Positions 13,382 through 28,200 of a DNA stretch of 64,000 bases are shown here, one piece after another. The notes under the pieces were generated by a model that worked only from the letters and a program-made list of their open reading frames with translations, ran no database searches and was not told where the DNA came from. Source of the stretch: Octopus sinensis (taxonomy: Eukaryota). Every line of letters starts with the position of its first letter. The first letter of the stretch is position 1. The position numbers and the translations under genes are program-made. Where the stretch lies: the NCBI RefSeq assembly GCF_006345805.1, contig NC_043002.1:64604001-64668000 (forward strand), read 5' to 3'.

Positions 13382-15489
13382 TATAGCAGCGATATTCATG
13401 TATGTATATAGTTAAATATATGCAACGACATGTGTAACAAATTTTGATCTTCTTTATAGAAGCGTCAAATGTGTATCGTATTCTACAAAAAAGAAAGTAA
13501 TATTTCGAACGCAGAATAGCTTTCAAAATAGCAGAACGTTTGGTTATTATAACCCATATCAGACAATAATAGTCTTATGGCTCTTTGTTGACAACTTTTT
13601 TCCGTCTTATAAGGGTTATAATACCCAATATGGCTGCTGTTTTCACGGCTGTACACCATTCTAAATATTACTTTGTTGTCTGTAAAATTTACATATACAT
13701 AGCGAGACAGAGAAAGATAGAGAGAACTCAACCACATGGCGATCGATCGCTCAAAGGCAGATTGCCAAAGTGTAACGTAAACGTTGGCATGTCGGGATGC
13801 TGCAACCCCTATTATGAGCCTGTATGTAGGGCCTGAAAGAAAACAGCTTGATTAGTCGCTAAATGCAGGTAGAGCCTTCTAGAAATTGAAAACCTCATTT
13901 CATGGCCAGCCATCATCTTCAACCCATCAATGTCAAGGTCCATCCGCACAAAATGAGAGCACTTGCTTTAGTTTATAATTTCATTGTTCGTATATTTGTA
14001 CTTGTGTGCTGTGTCTGTTTCGCGAGGTCTTCAAGTATGTCGCTTAGTATTGCCTCTAGTTAATATGCATTTGGCTCTTTCTGCTCTATAATAGAGTATA
14101 AATTTTAATCTTTAATCAAGGAATATATATTTAGATTAAGCTATAATTCTTTTATTGTTTCGTTGCTCTGCACATTCTGGGTTGGCAACTGTGATGTGCT
14201 TGCAATCAACAATGTTCACCTATTTCCAGACGGAAGCAGCGATTTCAGCGTATTTTAGAAAATCGTGTTTAATTTCTTCAAAGATGTTTTGTTCAGACAA
14301 TAAGTACTACAGACACCACAAAAATTTCAGGATATGTCTGGGAAGTAGTTGTCGAACAGAGATCTATAAGCAAGTTGATTACTTGTGTAGATTTCTTTAT
14401 GTACTCAACGTATGTTTTTTTTAGATCGTTTTATGTTTTCAAAATAAATGATAGAATGTGAGATAGGTCACGTGTACCCTTTGACAACCACAATGTTTTT
14501 TTCTAAAATAAATTCGCCTCTAGTGATAATCATCGTCATATCTTTAAATTGTTGTAGCTGTGGAGGTCATTGGTGCTGCTGTATAGTTTATGATATTTAT
14601 GTTGTTTGGTTTTAATATTTTATTGTGTAAACCTGGCTCGTAATGTCGAGTCGCTTTCAGCTAATTTACGAATGCCATGTTCGATTACTATATATTGAAT
14701 TTGAAATCTATATATGAAATATTCATGTACATCATAAGACAACGCACTTTCTGCTTTAGCCCGTCTAGAAGGATTTGAGGAGAATTTAGTCAGTAGAATT
14801 TCCGTGTGTGTCTTAAAAGGAAAGATATGAAAGTTATCTGGTTTAATGTTATCTGAGTGTATGTCAAATTCACGAGCTGTGATCAAAACCCATCTACTTC
14901 TGTGGAAGCATCTTTAAAGCTGTTGGTACATTATAGAACAATATTTAAAAATAATTTTGTGTCCGGTTTACAAAATGCAATTCTTTAGGAGTTAAATGTG
15001 ATAGAATAAATGACAGCCTGTTCGTTTGGTTCTACTTTAAAAAAAAACAATTGCTCGTCAAAAGCAAAAGTGCAAAATATTCCTTTTATATTTCTTTAAA
15101 TATTGGGATCATTTCAAGGTCTGTGTGCCAATATTTTCAAACGTTGCACGCTTGCTTGTGTTCCGTCAATCATTTATTCAATATGAAAAGTTTAATTAAT
15201 ATTTAATATAAATTTTTATAAAACAAATATAATTTCCTGCATTCAAACAAGCAAAGTTGATTTTATGGTCGCCTTGTTAAAACCAAACGAGTAGACAACT
15301 ATTGACAATCATTCCAACGTAATCTTCCAGTTTTTCTAGTGAAATCTAAAACGTATTGCTAAAGATTCATTACGATAATATGGGGTAATTGCTGCCTCAA
15401 TGACAAAATCCTCTAAGTTCGCTTTTGAATCTAGATCCAAAAGCAGAGATGACACGTCCTTTTTCTCAATTAATATATTATAATCTACT

Positions 15490-17425
15490 TATTGCCATCA
15501 GGCATCACATATCAGGTGACAAACATGTGCGAACGTGTTTCACATGATGAGAAGCGAATGACGTGCATTGAATTAAAGAAAGAAATCATCGAAAAACATT
15601 ATCAAGGTGTGCGTGTAGTCGACATGGCGAAGCGGTACGAGCGTAGCACTTCTACGATACTGAAGCAGAAGGAAGCGTTAAAGGCTATAGCACCAGCCAA
15701 GAGCGTTAAAATAATTTCTAAACAGCGGACATCTATTCATAAAAAAATATGAAGAAGTTGCTGATGGTGCGCTTGACGGAGATGTAGCTTGCATGAGATA
15801 CCGTATCGGAGCTGGTTCAAGAATTTTAAAGATGACCGACACTCACCCGCTTGTTCACCATGGTGAGGCAGCAAGAGCAGACATGAAGTCAGTTGAGGAT
15901 TACCTGAAAACTTTTACCGGAATTATAGCAGCTGAAGGATACATCCACCAGCAAGTCGTCATCGGTGACGAGGCAGGACTTTTTGGGAAGAAGATGCAAA
16001 GGGGGAACTTATATAACGACAAAGAAGAAGAGGATGCGAGTACATAAACCCATAAAGGATAGGCTAACCCTTGCACTGTGCGCCAATGCGAGCGGCGAGT
16101 GCAAGATTAAGCCACTGATCGTTTATCGTTCAGAAAACCCCAGATTATTTAAGTCACATAAGATACTGAATGAAAAATTGCAGGTTATGTGTAGGCCAAA
16201 GCCAAGGGAGTGGGTCGCCAGGCAGTCCTTTTTGGATTGGGCGAATGTGTTCTTTGGTTAAGAAATTTCTCCAGGAAAATAACCTACCCCTGTAGGCCCT
16301 TCTCTTCCTGGACTATGCACTTGACAACCCACCTAACCTCGACGATATCCTCAAAGGATTCAAGTTTATAAAGGATCTCTGCTTTCCACCCAAGGCCACC
16401 CCTATCCTGCAGCCCGTGGATCAGCAGGATATTTCTAATTCCAAGAAATTCTCCAACAAGCACCTGTTCCGCCGCTGCTTTGAAGTGAGGGAAAACACAA
16501 ACCGCACTCTTCGAGAGTTCTGGAAGGTCCACTATAACATCGTGATATGCCTCAGAATTATCGATATGGCCTGTCAGGATGTTATAAAGAGGACCTTGAC
16601 CTCTGCATGGAAGAAGCTGTAGCCTGAGGTTGAGTCTGAAACGGACTTTGAAAGACTCGAACCAGATTCGGCAGTGGTGGAGGAGATTGTATCCTTCGGC
16701 AACTCCATGAGCCTGGATGTATATAAAGGTAACATCAATGAGCTCATGGAGGAGCACTCCAAGGAACTGACAGCAGATGAGCTAAAGAAGCAACAGATGC
16801 AGTAGCACACAGAGATTTTGCAGGAAATCGGTGACACGGAAAATGTTATCTCTACCAATGCGATGAAGGAAACGTTGGGAGAAGCTTTCGGACTTTATTC
16901 AAAAGATACATCCAGAAAAATTTGCAACTTGGCGTGTGACGGCACTACCTAACAACACTTACTGAACTCATTTCAGAAACATTCTGAAAGTTAGGACAAA
17001 ACAGACATAATTGGACATGTTTTTATCGAAAACTGCTGCAAATGAAAGTGAGGAAAACGTAGCAAAAAGGGCAAAAATCAGAAGATAAGATTCAGTTATT
17101 CAGTTCAGTCCTTCTCCCCACATCCGTCAGCATCCTCATGTCGTCTGATCTCCAAGGTAAACGCTGTACATTATACTTAATAGAATTAGTTTATTGCAGT
17201 ACATTCTAATATATTGTTTTTTTATACGACGTTCGTTATTTGTAAGTACATTTTTCTTATTTAAAAACACGTAAGAAAATGCTTGCTGTATTTTTTGGGT
17301 GGGTCCCGGAACGAATTAATGATATTTCAATCCATTTCAATGGGGATATTTTAGTTGACATACGAATAATTTGAGTTATCACCTTCATCACGGAACGAAC
17401 TAGACTCTTAAATCGAGGTACCACT
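15490..17425 (+). mobile_element. Tigger/pogo DNA transposon, degraded, 5' TIR missing
   Basis: N-terminal HTH (IELKKEIIEKHYQGVRVVDMAKRYERSTST) and DDE region (KDRLTLALCANASGECKIKPLIVYRSENPR; FPPKATPILQPVDQ). The 3' end AATCGAGGTACCACT is Tigger-like. Confidence 0.9.
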
Positions 17426-17452
17426 AAACATACATACATATATATAATATAT

Positions 17453-17499
<47 letters not shown>

Positions 17500-17565
17500 A
17501 TATATATACGTATATATATATATACATATATAGTAATATATATATACATATTCATATATATATAC

Positions 17566-17603
<38 letters not shown>

Positions 17604-18572
17604 TTATACTATATATACATATATATATATACATATATATATTACATATATATATACATATATATATACATATATTATATGTGTGTGTGTGTATCTTTGT
17701 GTGTGTATCTGTGTGTGTGGAGGGGTGTTGTGTGAAGATATGACGGAAACCCAAATGTCGTTTGAAATTTACGACACCTATTTCAGTAGAATTTTAGTTA
17801 ATGTATTCATAAGAGATCACATTATAGTAAGAATACACCATTATCAGGCACAATTTTTAGCAGGTGTATAAAAGGGAAGCATCAGAGCAAATATGAGGGG
17901 CTGAACTTCTACTGCAACATATTTGACCACCATCTCTCCCTTGCGTACTTCTTAATCTTTGTATTTCTTCGAATGTTCGTTTTTTTTTTATAACTCTGTA
18001 ATTCTGTCTTCGCCATTCCCTTCGGTGTGTTAACCTGGAAATTCTAAGCTACATTTACAATTCTAGCTATATTTACAATTCTAAGCTTCATTTAAGGTAA
18101 TCTCGGTCTGATGATTAGCTAAGTCGAGCAACCCTTGTTGATTAGCCATTACATCACAGGATCATCTAGGTGAGGATACATAATCTGTTTGCCTTTTGCA
18201 CGTTCCATTCCGCAATCTGGATTTTTTTTTGTATTTGTAATAATTCTTGCTGCTAACCTGAGCTATGCAGAAACTATCATCTTATCTAATTTCCTCCTTC
18301 AATTCATATGGGAAAAAAGAGTGTAGTGTTCGATGCTAATAAATCATTATTCCTCTTTATGATACACTGTCCACTTTTGGTTATCTATGGCTGCCACGGA
18401 CTACTTGAAGCTTAAAAAAATTCCTACACTTGTTTCTGTGGATTTCGGCATTATATATCGATATGCATGCATAGAAAAACACGCGCACATGCACGCACAC
18501 ACACACTCAAACACACATACACACATGTATGTAAGTTTAGATATTATTCTTAAACGTTCACTCTCTCTCTCT

Positions 18573-18617
<45 letters not shown>

Positions 18618-18646
18618 TATGTATGCATAAATATATATAATATGTA

Positions 18647-18685
<39 letters not shown>

Positions 18686-19167
18686 TATATTATATATATT
18701 ATATATATATATATACAAGACACACAAACAGACACCTATTTAACAAAGCTATGAAACAGACACGAGCAGTTTATATTGCATGCACCACAAGTACTATGTA
18801 GATATTGAATTACCATGCAGAATCTATTATAGGATTTGTATGTAATACTATTTATTTAAAAAGGATTGTAAATACGTTGCATCCATGTTTCCAGGCATTT
18901 TCATCTCTCTTGAGTCTACAAAAAAGAGGAAAAAATATAGAATCTACCACAAGAACAAAACATATTAGATAATTTTTTTTAATAAAGGAAATACAGAAAA
19001 TTGAATTTTAAAACATGGAAAAAATGAAAGTATGAAAAGAGGAAGTCTGTCTGAAGAAAATAACTATCCGTTAAACAGAATGTTTTCAAAGCTTATTTGA
19101 AGTTACTAGTCAGAGCACATTCTTTAAAAACTCGTACGAAAATAGAGACATTCATACGCGCGCAAGG

Positions 19168-19205
<38 letters not shown>

Positions 19206-19357
19206 TTGATGAGAGAGAGGGAATGAGGGAGGGGGAGACAGAGACAGAGAAAGAAGGACCGAGAGAATTATTCCAATGAACAGTTTAAACCTTGGTCTTT
19301 AATGTACAAAATATATATGCATGTAAAAGAGATAGACTGAAAGTTCCAAGCACGTAT

Positions 19358-19388
<31 letters not shown>

Positions 19389-21002
19389 TATAGTATATTA
19401 TATTAATTTTTAGACATATACATATAATATGCGTGCGCACGCACATATAAAACACATACTCTCACACATAGGCACACGAATACACACATATACACATATA
19501 CAGAAGCGGTCAGACTTACTCAGATTGCATAAACTCAAAGCGTTGGATGAAAGAAAGCGTTACTATTTCGACAGCTGTTTCTGAGGGCTCAGAGTTATCT
19601 TAATTTTGGCAAACGTAGTTGATCAAAACTTTTGCAGCCGGGAATGGAAGGAAACAATCATTGGTAAATTCCAAATCGCCTCCTTCAGCAGGGTAGAGAG
19701 ATAAGCGTATATATGTAGTTATATATATATATATATATAATTATATATATTATATATATATATATATGTGTGTGTGTGGTGGTGTGTGTGTGTTGTGTGT
19801 GTTGTGTGTGTGTGTGTGTATGTATGTATATATGCATACATACATATATATACTCACGTTCATGTAATGTGCAAGCATAAAACTTATACTAATACTCTAA
19901 TATTAAATCACGCGTTTATAAAATAGTTATGTCTTGCTTGATGGAGTACTTTACATAGTTCACCATACCAAAAACGGAATTAAACACAGACATATACTCG
20001 TATACTAATCTACGTATAGTAATGCAAAGTTTCATCAAATATCATTAATTTTAATAACATCAATATTAAATTAATTGTATAATGTATCAACGTGGGACGG
20101 AATTATTAATTGTAGCTCATTTATCATTATTTCTTCATGTTTAATACTCGTTTACTTTTCATTATATCACATGTTCATGATAGAGGTGATAAGAATATTC
20201 AGCTAATACTTAATTGCTTCAACACTCCTGTTGTATCACTGATATTGCTTATAGATGATAATACGATTAAGTTTCTCATGGGAAGATTTTACTTTATTTC
20301 AGTCGCAGGGAAATCTTGATTAATCTAAACCATAAACAAAATCAAGACGGGTCATTTTTTTATAATAGTTTATGATATGCACTTTTGTATATAAGACAAT
20401 ACGACTATAATATTTCGATTCTGATGGTAGAATAACGAACGGAACGAAACATTTCAGGAAAAGTGTAAACATGTTTTTCATTTTGTTTAGGGTGATTATT
20501 TATGGTGAATAGTGCATCACAAAATATTTCACGAAATTAATGATTTTTAAAAATGCATATTTGATGCTTTCGCATTTATTTCACTATGGACCAAGGTGGC
20601 GAGGTAGCAAACTCGTTGGCACATCGAACGAGATACTATGCGATATTTCGAAGTCCAAATTACGACGATGTTAGATTTGCCTTATGCCCTTTGGGAATGG
20701 ACAGGCTAACTGCAAGGTAAGTGAAATAGTTGACACATTCGACTTCTTTCTTCCTCTCTAAATTCTTTCTTTTCTGTCAAATTAAGAGAAAAATGAATAT
20801 TGGCCTAGAGAAAGTTGCTTTCATCACTCAAAAACGTAGAGAATTTTAACCACTGGCAAAATTTATGGGTGTAAAAAGTACAGAACTTATGTACTCACAC
20901 ACTAGAAAGTGGTTGTGCATTTACGATAATAAATGTATGCATACAAACATACATAGCATAACATACATAAATGCACACAAATATTATATATATATATATA
21001 TA

Positions 21003-21041
<39 letters not shown>

Positions 21042-21122
21042 GGTACAAAAAATTCAGGGTGAATAACTTGATAACTGTAAGCACCTGTATATGCCAGCTA
21101 GTGGTGTAGGTGATAGGATATA

Positions 21123-21222
21123 NNNNNNNNNNNNNNNNNNNNNNNNNNNNNNNNNNNNNNNNNNNNNNNNNNNNNNNNNNNNNNNNNNNNNNNNNNNNNN
21201 NNNNNNNNNNNNNNNNNNNNNN
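21123..21222. other. Assembly gap (100 N)
   Basis: Run of N. Confidence 1.
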
Positions 21223-22116
21223 AGAATATCTGATTCTCATCTATGAATCATATATATATTACATATATTTATGTGTGTGTGTGTATGTATGTATGTATGT
21301 ATGTATGTATGCATGTCTGTATATATATATATATATATTATATATTATAATTATATATATTATATATGTATGTATGCATGTATGAATGTATTTATATATA
21401 TATATATACCCATACACATATATTTACATATATATATATATATATATACATATATTTAGCGATAGGGAGATATTTCATACATATATACATATATATATAC
21501 ATACATATATATATTTGTGTCTGTGTGTGTGTGTGTACACGCTGAGAATCTCATATATTTGATTAATGGGTTTCAGGCAGTTTCCCATGTATTCGATGAA
21601 TTACGTACAAATCTACTTTCGTTTTTTGATATTCTCCTATAATAATGTTCACCGTTAACTTTATTAGTTGAGAGTAATTTATTTTTGTTCCGTTTCTATA
21701 CCACTTCTTATTTTCCGCTGTCATATGATTTTCTATTCCGGTTCTTGATGGTCGCCGTATTAATTTTCTTGTTATTATCATGTAATACAAGTCCAATACT
21801 AGAAAAGGTTTGTTTATACATTATTACATCATGCATCTGACATAAAATCAATTACAATTTTAATGATTTAATTTTCTCGCAACTTCATGTATGAGACACG
21901 AAAAAACATTCACACAAACACACACGTACACTTCTAACACACATCACATATACATTCATGTATATAATATGTGTTTGTGTTTGTGTGTGTGAGAATATGG
22001 AAGTATACATACGTACATGCATATCCATATATATACATATGTACATCTTTTTCTCTCCCTCTCTCCCCTCTCATATTCTCTTTCTTATATATACACACAC
22101 ACAAAATCATCATATA

Positions 22117-22153
<37 letters not shown>

Positions 22154-22243
22154 ATATATATATATTATTAATATACATACATACGTACGTACATATAGAT
22201 AGATAGATAGATAGATAGGTAGATAGATATATATTAGATAGAT

Positions 22244-22278
<35 letters not shown>

Positions 22279-22279
22279 C

Positions 22280-22315
<36 letters not shown>

Positions 22316-23777
22316 TGCTGGTGTATGTATATATGTTTCTATACATATATACGTGTATATATCGATGCATGTTTCTAGGAATACGTGAAGAATATTTTCA
22401 TATGCAATATGCAGTGTGGGAGCATATGCGTTTGTGTGTGTGTATGTAAAGATGTGCATGTATATTGTTATAGTGAAAGTCCGCAGGTTCCTGTGCAAAA
22501 TATTACTATGCATATATTTTGACATGATGTTGAAAGATCTATGAGTATGATATCATGTAAATAAATATATTGCAGTTTCTATTCTAACAGTGTTAATATC
22601 AAATTAGAAATTACGAAATATTGGTAGTTACGGATTGCACACATTAGAAATTTATATACACCCATATACGTATATAGATGTATCAATCATACATAAGTTT
22701 AAGTATTGTACAGAGAAGAGAACAACAAAATGCAATCGCCTTCAACACTTGTAAGCTTTCAACGGCTTGGTGGGCTAAAATTTGGAGTTAGTCCGGTGAA
22801 AATGCAACAAATACATGCAAAGCATTATCTCCGAACCTCTATTGATACAGTTACCTTGTTTTGATAAGAACTATAAGTAGGTGTATAAGTGCTTGTTTGG
22901 GATACGTAATATAGTGCGAATTGTCTGAAGAGTGAAAATTAAATTGAACATAAATACTTTGAATCGTATATCTAATATTTAACGTGCATTGTTGACATTC
23001 ATGTATCTGCCGTTGAGATGATATCAAGCAACCAATATTTGTTAATGTAACTTCATGAAGCTTTCCACTAACTTCACAATATATATAGAACCATGCATCC
23101 AATTTTTGGATTACTTCATACTTATTATTAATGTACATATACTATTGCCTTCAAAGTTTGAACATTGGTCTTTCTCACTACGACATAAATCATACTCTAG
23201 TTCCTGTTCTCTTATTTCTTTATCTTCGAAATATTTCCCTCTGTTATTGTAATTGAACGTAATATATTTCAAACCGAAAATACAGATATATTTTCCTTTC
23301 GACATTTCTAATGTTAGGTGAATGATGCAGCTTATCTTCATTCATCCCTAGATATTACTACAAAGCATTGCCAAGATTCGGTTGATATTCGTAAATTTCT
23401 GATGAGTACGCTATGGCTTAACATCGCAGAACCTTTCAATGATAAAGCTTCGTATTTCGTGGTTGGTATATCTATTACATAAGCCTGAGCCTGTTGAATA
23501 AATTATAATTTTTTTTTGGTTGGCGCAAAGTGTTTTTGTACAGCATTGAAAATATTTTGCTCCTTCCAATAATGGTCGTTTCTCGACATGAAATGTATCG
23601 AGGAGGTTTTTCACTAATAATCTAAATATTTACAAACAAAACTTATTTAATTTCATTGATGGCAAGCATTAATATTATCACCAAACATTCCAAAATTCAT
23701 TTAAACGAATACATAATCATGTCAAAGACAGGGTTATGCATACCATATATTAATGTTATATATATATTATATATATA

Positions 23778-23818
<41 letters not shown>

Positions 23819-24516
23819 GTATATCTATATATGTGTGTGTGTGTGGTGTGTGTAGGAAACTAAAATATAAAACTGTAGTCACAGCAACTACTGGAATATT
23901 ACGTCTCAGATTTACCACACAGAATTAAAGTTATCCTCCAGAATTTACAATAAGCTAGTACTGATAGAGAAGGTATAATATAACAATATATACAAGCCGA
24001 ATATATACAAGCTGTGAACATACTGCAAAAGATGTAGTTAAAGATGACCAAGACATCTTCAAATGAGAGAGCGCACATAAGCGTTGAATGCAATAAATTA
24101 TGCTAATTAATAATGCAGTCCTGACATATTGACAATGGAAAGCTTCACAGGTAATGGAAGGGTGGGCAAAGTCTCGTACGTGCCATTCGGCAGGGAAAAC
24201 ACCTCAAGATGAAGCAACCGAACATTTTTGACGAAAACCAATGTGATATTATGAACCTCATGATCAAAGCACAAAGCTAATAATCTGCAATGAAGCATCA
24301 ATGGAAATGGAGAAATTATCCAAATATATGATCAGGTATTAGATTTCATCTGAACGTGAGAACAGATTGAAAACAGAAGCAATACCTATAAAATATAGAA
24401 ACATCGAAGATGATCAAAACAGACATTGCTAAATGCATGAACAAATTCACATGTTGCATTTATACATGCAACATGTAAAATATATCTCCACCACCACCGC
24501 CACTTCTACTACTGCA

Positions 24517-24547
<31 letters not shown>

Positions 24548-24882
24548 CTTCTTCTTCTTCTTCTGCCTACTACTACTACTACTACTACTACTACTAACTA
24601 CTACTACTATTGCTATCTCTACTACCGCAACTACTACATCATACAAGGTAGTGCAATTTTAATAGATTAAAACATGAAAACATGCAGGTTGAATAGAATA
24701 GACTAAATATTAAGTTACATTAAAATAGGCAAAACAACGTTGCACGTTTCAAGACACACTGCTGCGCTCTGCTGTGCACAGGAAGCTCTCGGAATCAAAA
24801 TGGCTGTTTAAGAGAAATAATAATAATAAGAAGAAGAAGAAGAATGATAATAATAATAATAATGATAATAATAATAATAATG

Positions 24883-24925
<43 letters not shown>

Positions 24926-24927
<2 letters not shown>

Positions 24928-25450
24928 TGTTCTGATACAGTACCAGGCAGTTCTTCTCGTGGCTTCTGATCTTAAGTGAGTGGAATTGTTATAATGTATA
25001 TCGTTTTGTCTTGGTATATAAAGGTGGGCTACGGCAAATATTCTGCTGAATACCACAGATTTTCTTGTCAGTTGTTTGACCGTATCCAGTTGAGCATGTC
25101 CCTTAGTGGTTGACGATATGTGCATATCTGATCACGAGCAGAAGTGGTGGGAGAGCATCATAGCCATGTGTTGAGAGGGGATACTTTGAGGTTTGAATAA
25201 TTCACCCCTGGACACATGGTTATTTCGTTCAACATCCTTAAACAACCCTTATTCAGGGACCTTCTAACTGGGCCCCACCTGCAAGATCATGTGCTGTTTA
25301 TCTTGATATGAGATCACCATGTCGCGCACATATGGTTGTGATGCATGTATCTAGTGTACCCTTATCAGGCGGAAAGTCATGATGGTTTTACTGGGTTTCG
25401 TATATTTTAGCCCAGTGTTACTTCGATGGCATACACTGCTCTCTCACTCA
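24926..25450. repeat. Probable interspersed repeat between two (TAA)n arrays
   Basis: Higher-GC non-coding block sharply bounded by (TAA)n on both sides. It is single copy in this window, so the class is unassigned. Confidence 0.35.
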
Positions 25451-25591
25451 ATGATAATAATAATATAATAATAATAATAATAATAATAATATAATATAAT
25501 ATAATAATAATAATAATAATGATAATAATATAATGATAATAATAATCATATATAATAATAATAATAATAATATGATAATAATAATAATATA

Positions 25592-25626
<35 letters not shown>

Positions 25627-25629
25627 TAT

Positions 25630-27408
25630 AAAACACCGGGGACGTTTAAGATGTAAGAAGGAAAATACAGAGCTCCGAAATCTATCCACAAACATCGAAA
25701 ACAAGGACATACTATGGAGCCAAAGTTTTACTAACAGAGAATTGGACTGTATCCGAGTAAGTAATACTAATTGAAATTATTACTATTTTCGAAACGAAAT
25801 GATGTATTTTGACTCGATATCATCTCCACCTCTACGCAACGCACATGTAAACATGCGTGGAACATCACGATCATCCCCGACCCCAAACACCATGTACAAA
25901 GGAACTACGAAGAAATTAAATGCCACCGATACTATTCAACCCAAGAATAACAATCGAGCGGTACGTACATTAAACTTACAACAAAAAATGTACGAAAAAC
26001 TACACGTGCGAAATAATGTGACAACAGAAATAAACGGACCGGTACCCTACGAAAATGACGACCGTCAAAATAATGGGCAGGACGTTGTACCTCATGTACC
26101 GCAAATAAAACCCAAAAGACGTAAATGGACACGTGAGGAATACATTTCTATCTTACACGGATACTTCACAGCAGTACTCTACCCAAAAAATGAAAATACA
26201 ACAACATATACATATAAAATATGGAAGGAAAATAATAGAGATATAGACTTGGATACAGCAATGAACCCTAATAAATTAGCTAACGTACGAAGATACATTC
26301 TCAACACAAAAGAAATATCAGAAATAGAAATAGAACATCTAAAAGAAAACATACACCAGGAAAATGTAGATAGAAGCCACACAACAATGCCCAATAATAT
26401 AAACACTGAAACTGTAAAACACGAAGACAAACGCAACATTCCCAACAAACACGATGTAAACAACGAAGGGGAGCCTAATGATTATGATAATATAAAAAAT
26501 AAAATAATCAAAGAACTGAAAACCACAGAGCTCAGAATCAAAATAAACGAAATAACAACACCAATTATAAACAGCATAAACCTAGCCGTCACTGAACTGA
26601 TAGCCACTGAAACAAAAAGCGATATCACTGAGCTAAATGACTCAAAGCAGAGACAGAGGGATTTTTAATTGCAGCACAAGACCAAAGCCTCCCCACCAGA
26701 GATTACCAAAAACACGTAATGAAAAGAAGTATAACAAGTAACTGCAGAATATGTGGAGATGGACAAGAAACAATAAATTATATTATCTCTGGCTGCCCAG
26801 TCCTGGCTAAGAAGGAATATATTCACAGACATGACAGAGTTGGAACCTACATGCACTGGAAGCTATGCCAACATTATGGAATAACAACAGAAAAAAGATG
26901 GTATAAGCACATACCAGAAAAGGTCACAGAAAACGAGAAAGCAACCATACTCTGGGATATGCCAATACACACAGATAGAGAAATTAACGCCAACAGACCA
27001 GATATAGTTGTCAGAGATCATGAAGAAAAAATGCTTCTAATTGATGTCTCAATACCGGCAGATGACAACGTGTCTCTAAAAGTAATGGAGAAACTTTCAA
27101 AATACAAAGACCTGGAAATAGAGGTAACCAGAATGTGGAATCTAAAAACAGAAACAATTCCTATCATAGTAGGTGCATTAGGCATGATAAAAAAATATTC
27201 AGACAAATACATAACAAAAACACCAGGACTTACAAACACATATCACATACAGAAAATTGGACTACTAGGCACTGCACACATCCTACGCAGAACACTTTCC
27301 ATTCAATAACCATCAGAGCATCACAACGAATCACAGCACATAACCTAAGGCACACAGAACTGCGCTCGGTAGTGAAGTGAAAGCACGCTAAAAAAATAAA
27401 ACTACTGA
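25630..27408 (+). mobile_element. R4/Dong-type (RLE) non-LTR retrotransposon, internally deleted (RT missing)
   Basis: The N-terminal domain (RRKWTREEY...NKLANVRRYIL) is joined at about 26640 to the C-terminal CCHC knuckle (CRICGDGQETINYIISGC) and RLE (RPDIVV..LIDVSIP..KLSKY). The 3' UTR is near-identical to that of 60552-60650. Flanked by (TAA)n. Confidence 0.92.
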
Positions 27409-27850
27409 ATAATAATAATAATTGTAATAGTAATAATAATCTATATGAATATCCATTCCAAATTTTACAAGTGTAGTGTATTATTCGGAAACTACTCAAC
27501 GAACTCGAAAGCTCTTGTTGCTCCGCAATCTATAGAATTTTTGTTTCTTCGTAATAGTCATATGAATCTAAATCTGTCTTATGAAAGAGAGAATTTGAAA
27601 ATATAGAGTAACGTTGGCAAACGTACAGACGACTATATCTTAATGACTATAGTAAATAACAGCTTGATATTTTTTACGACAAAAATTATATTAATTATCA
27701 ACAAAACAATGCCAAATAAATATAATATTATGCACAAACCATTTTAGAAGCTCACTAATTACACTGATGTAGCAGTTGATTTATGAATATTATTGCTGTT
27801 TAGAAATGTGTGTAAAATCAATGTTATAACTCTTCCATGAAACTTGTAAA

Positions 27851-27931
27851 CATGGTGTACTGGTTAAGAGCGCGGGCTAACACCAAGGTTCCGAGTTCGA
27901 TTACCTGAATAATAATATAATAATAATAATA

Positions 27932-27973
<42 letters not shown>

Positions 27974-28085
27974 CAACAACAACAACAACAACATCGGAAA
28001 ATACCTTAGGAATAAGAACCCAGCTTCGAAGTTACCCAGGACACCTGATGGAGGCTGGAGAGGATTTCAACCGAAATGTTGGTCC
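27851..28085 (+). mobile_element. SINE family E: tRNA head, (AAT)n/(AAC)n, HHR-bearing tail
   Basis: Head TGGTGTACTGGTTAAGAGCGCGGGCT...GAGTTCGATTA. The tail is homologous to 32758-32930 (-) and 63320-63474 (+). A second head follows directly at about 28090. Confidence 0.8.
28040..28085 (+). ncRNA. Degenerate type I minimal hammerhead (family E)
   Basis: GACAC CTGATGG AGGCTG...CAACC GAAA TGTT; A9 has changed to G. Confidence 0.55.
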
Positions 28086-28200
28086 ACAGGCATATGGTGT
28101 AGTAGTTAAGAGCACGGGCTACTAAACCCCAAGATTCTGAATTTGATTCCATGCAGTAACCTTAATAATACTAATAATTATGGTGATGATGATGATGATG

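Noticed and set aside
13543-13632. 16-bp inverted repeat TTGGTTATTATAACCC / GGGTTATAATACCCAA
   Set aside because: Short, AT-rich and isolated; insufficient to call a MITE.
18104-18160. CTGATGA followed by a good hairpin
   Set aside because: No GAAA after the hairpin and no stems I or III.
19560-19612. Minus-strand GAA-ACAGCUGU-C palindrome
   Set aside because: No acceptable CUGANGA box or stem I; probably chance.
23411-23614. Non-repetitive short ORFs (also 14620-14886, 24107-24301, 49912-50160) as host exons
   Set aside because: No recognisable domain, no consistent splice or frame chain, and lengths expected by chance. They cannot be excluded without RNA-seq.
25630-25800. 5' ribozyme in the R4-type leader, by analogy to R2
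   Set aside because: No HDV-like or hammerhead fold found by eye.
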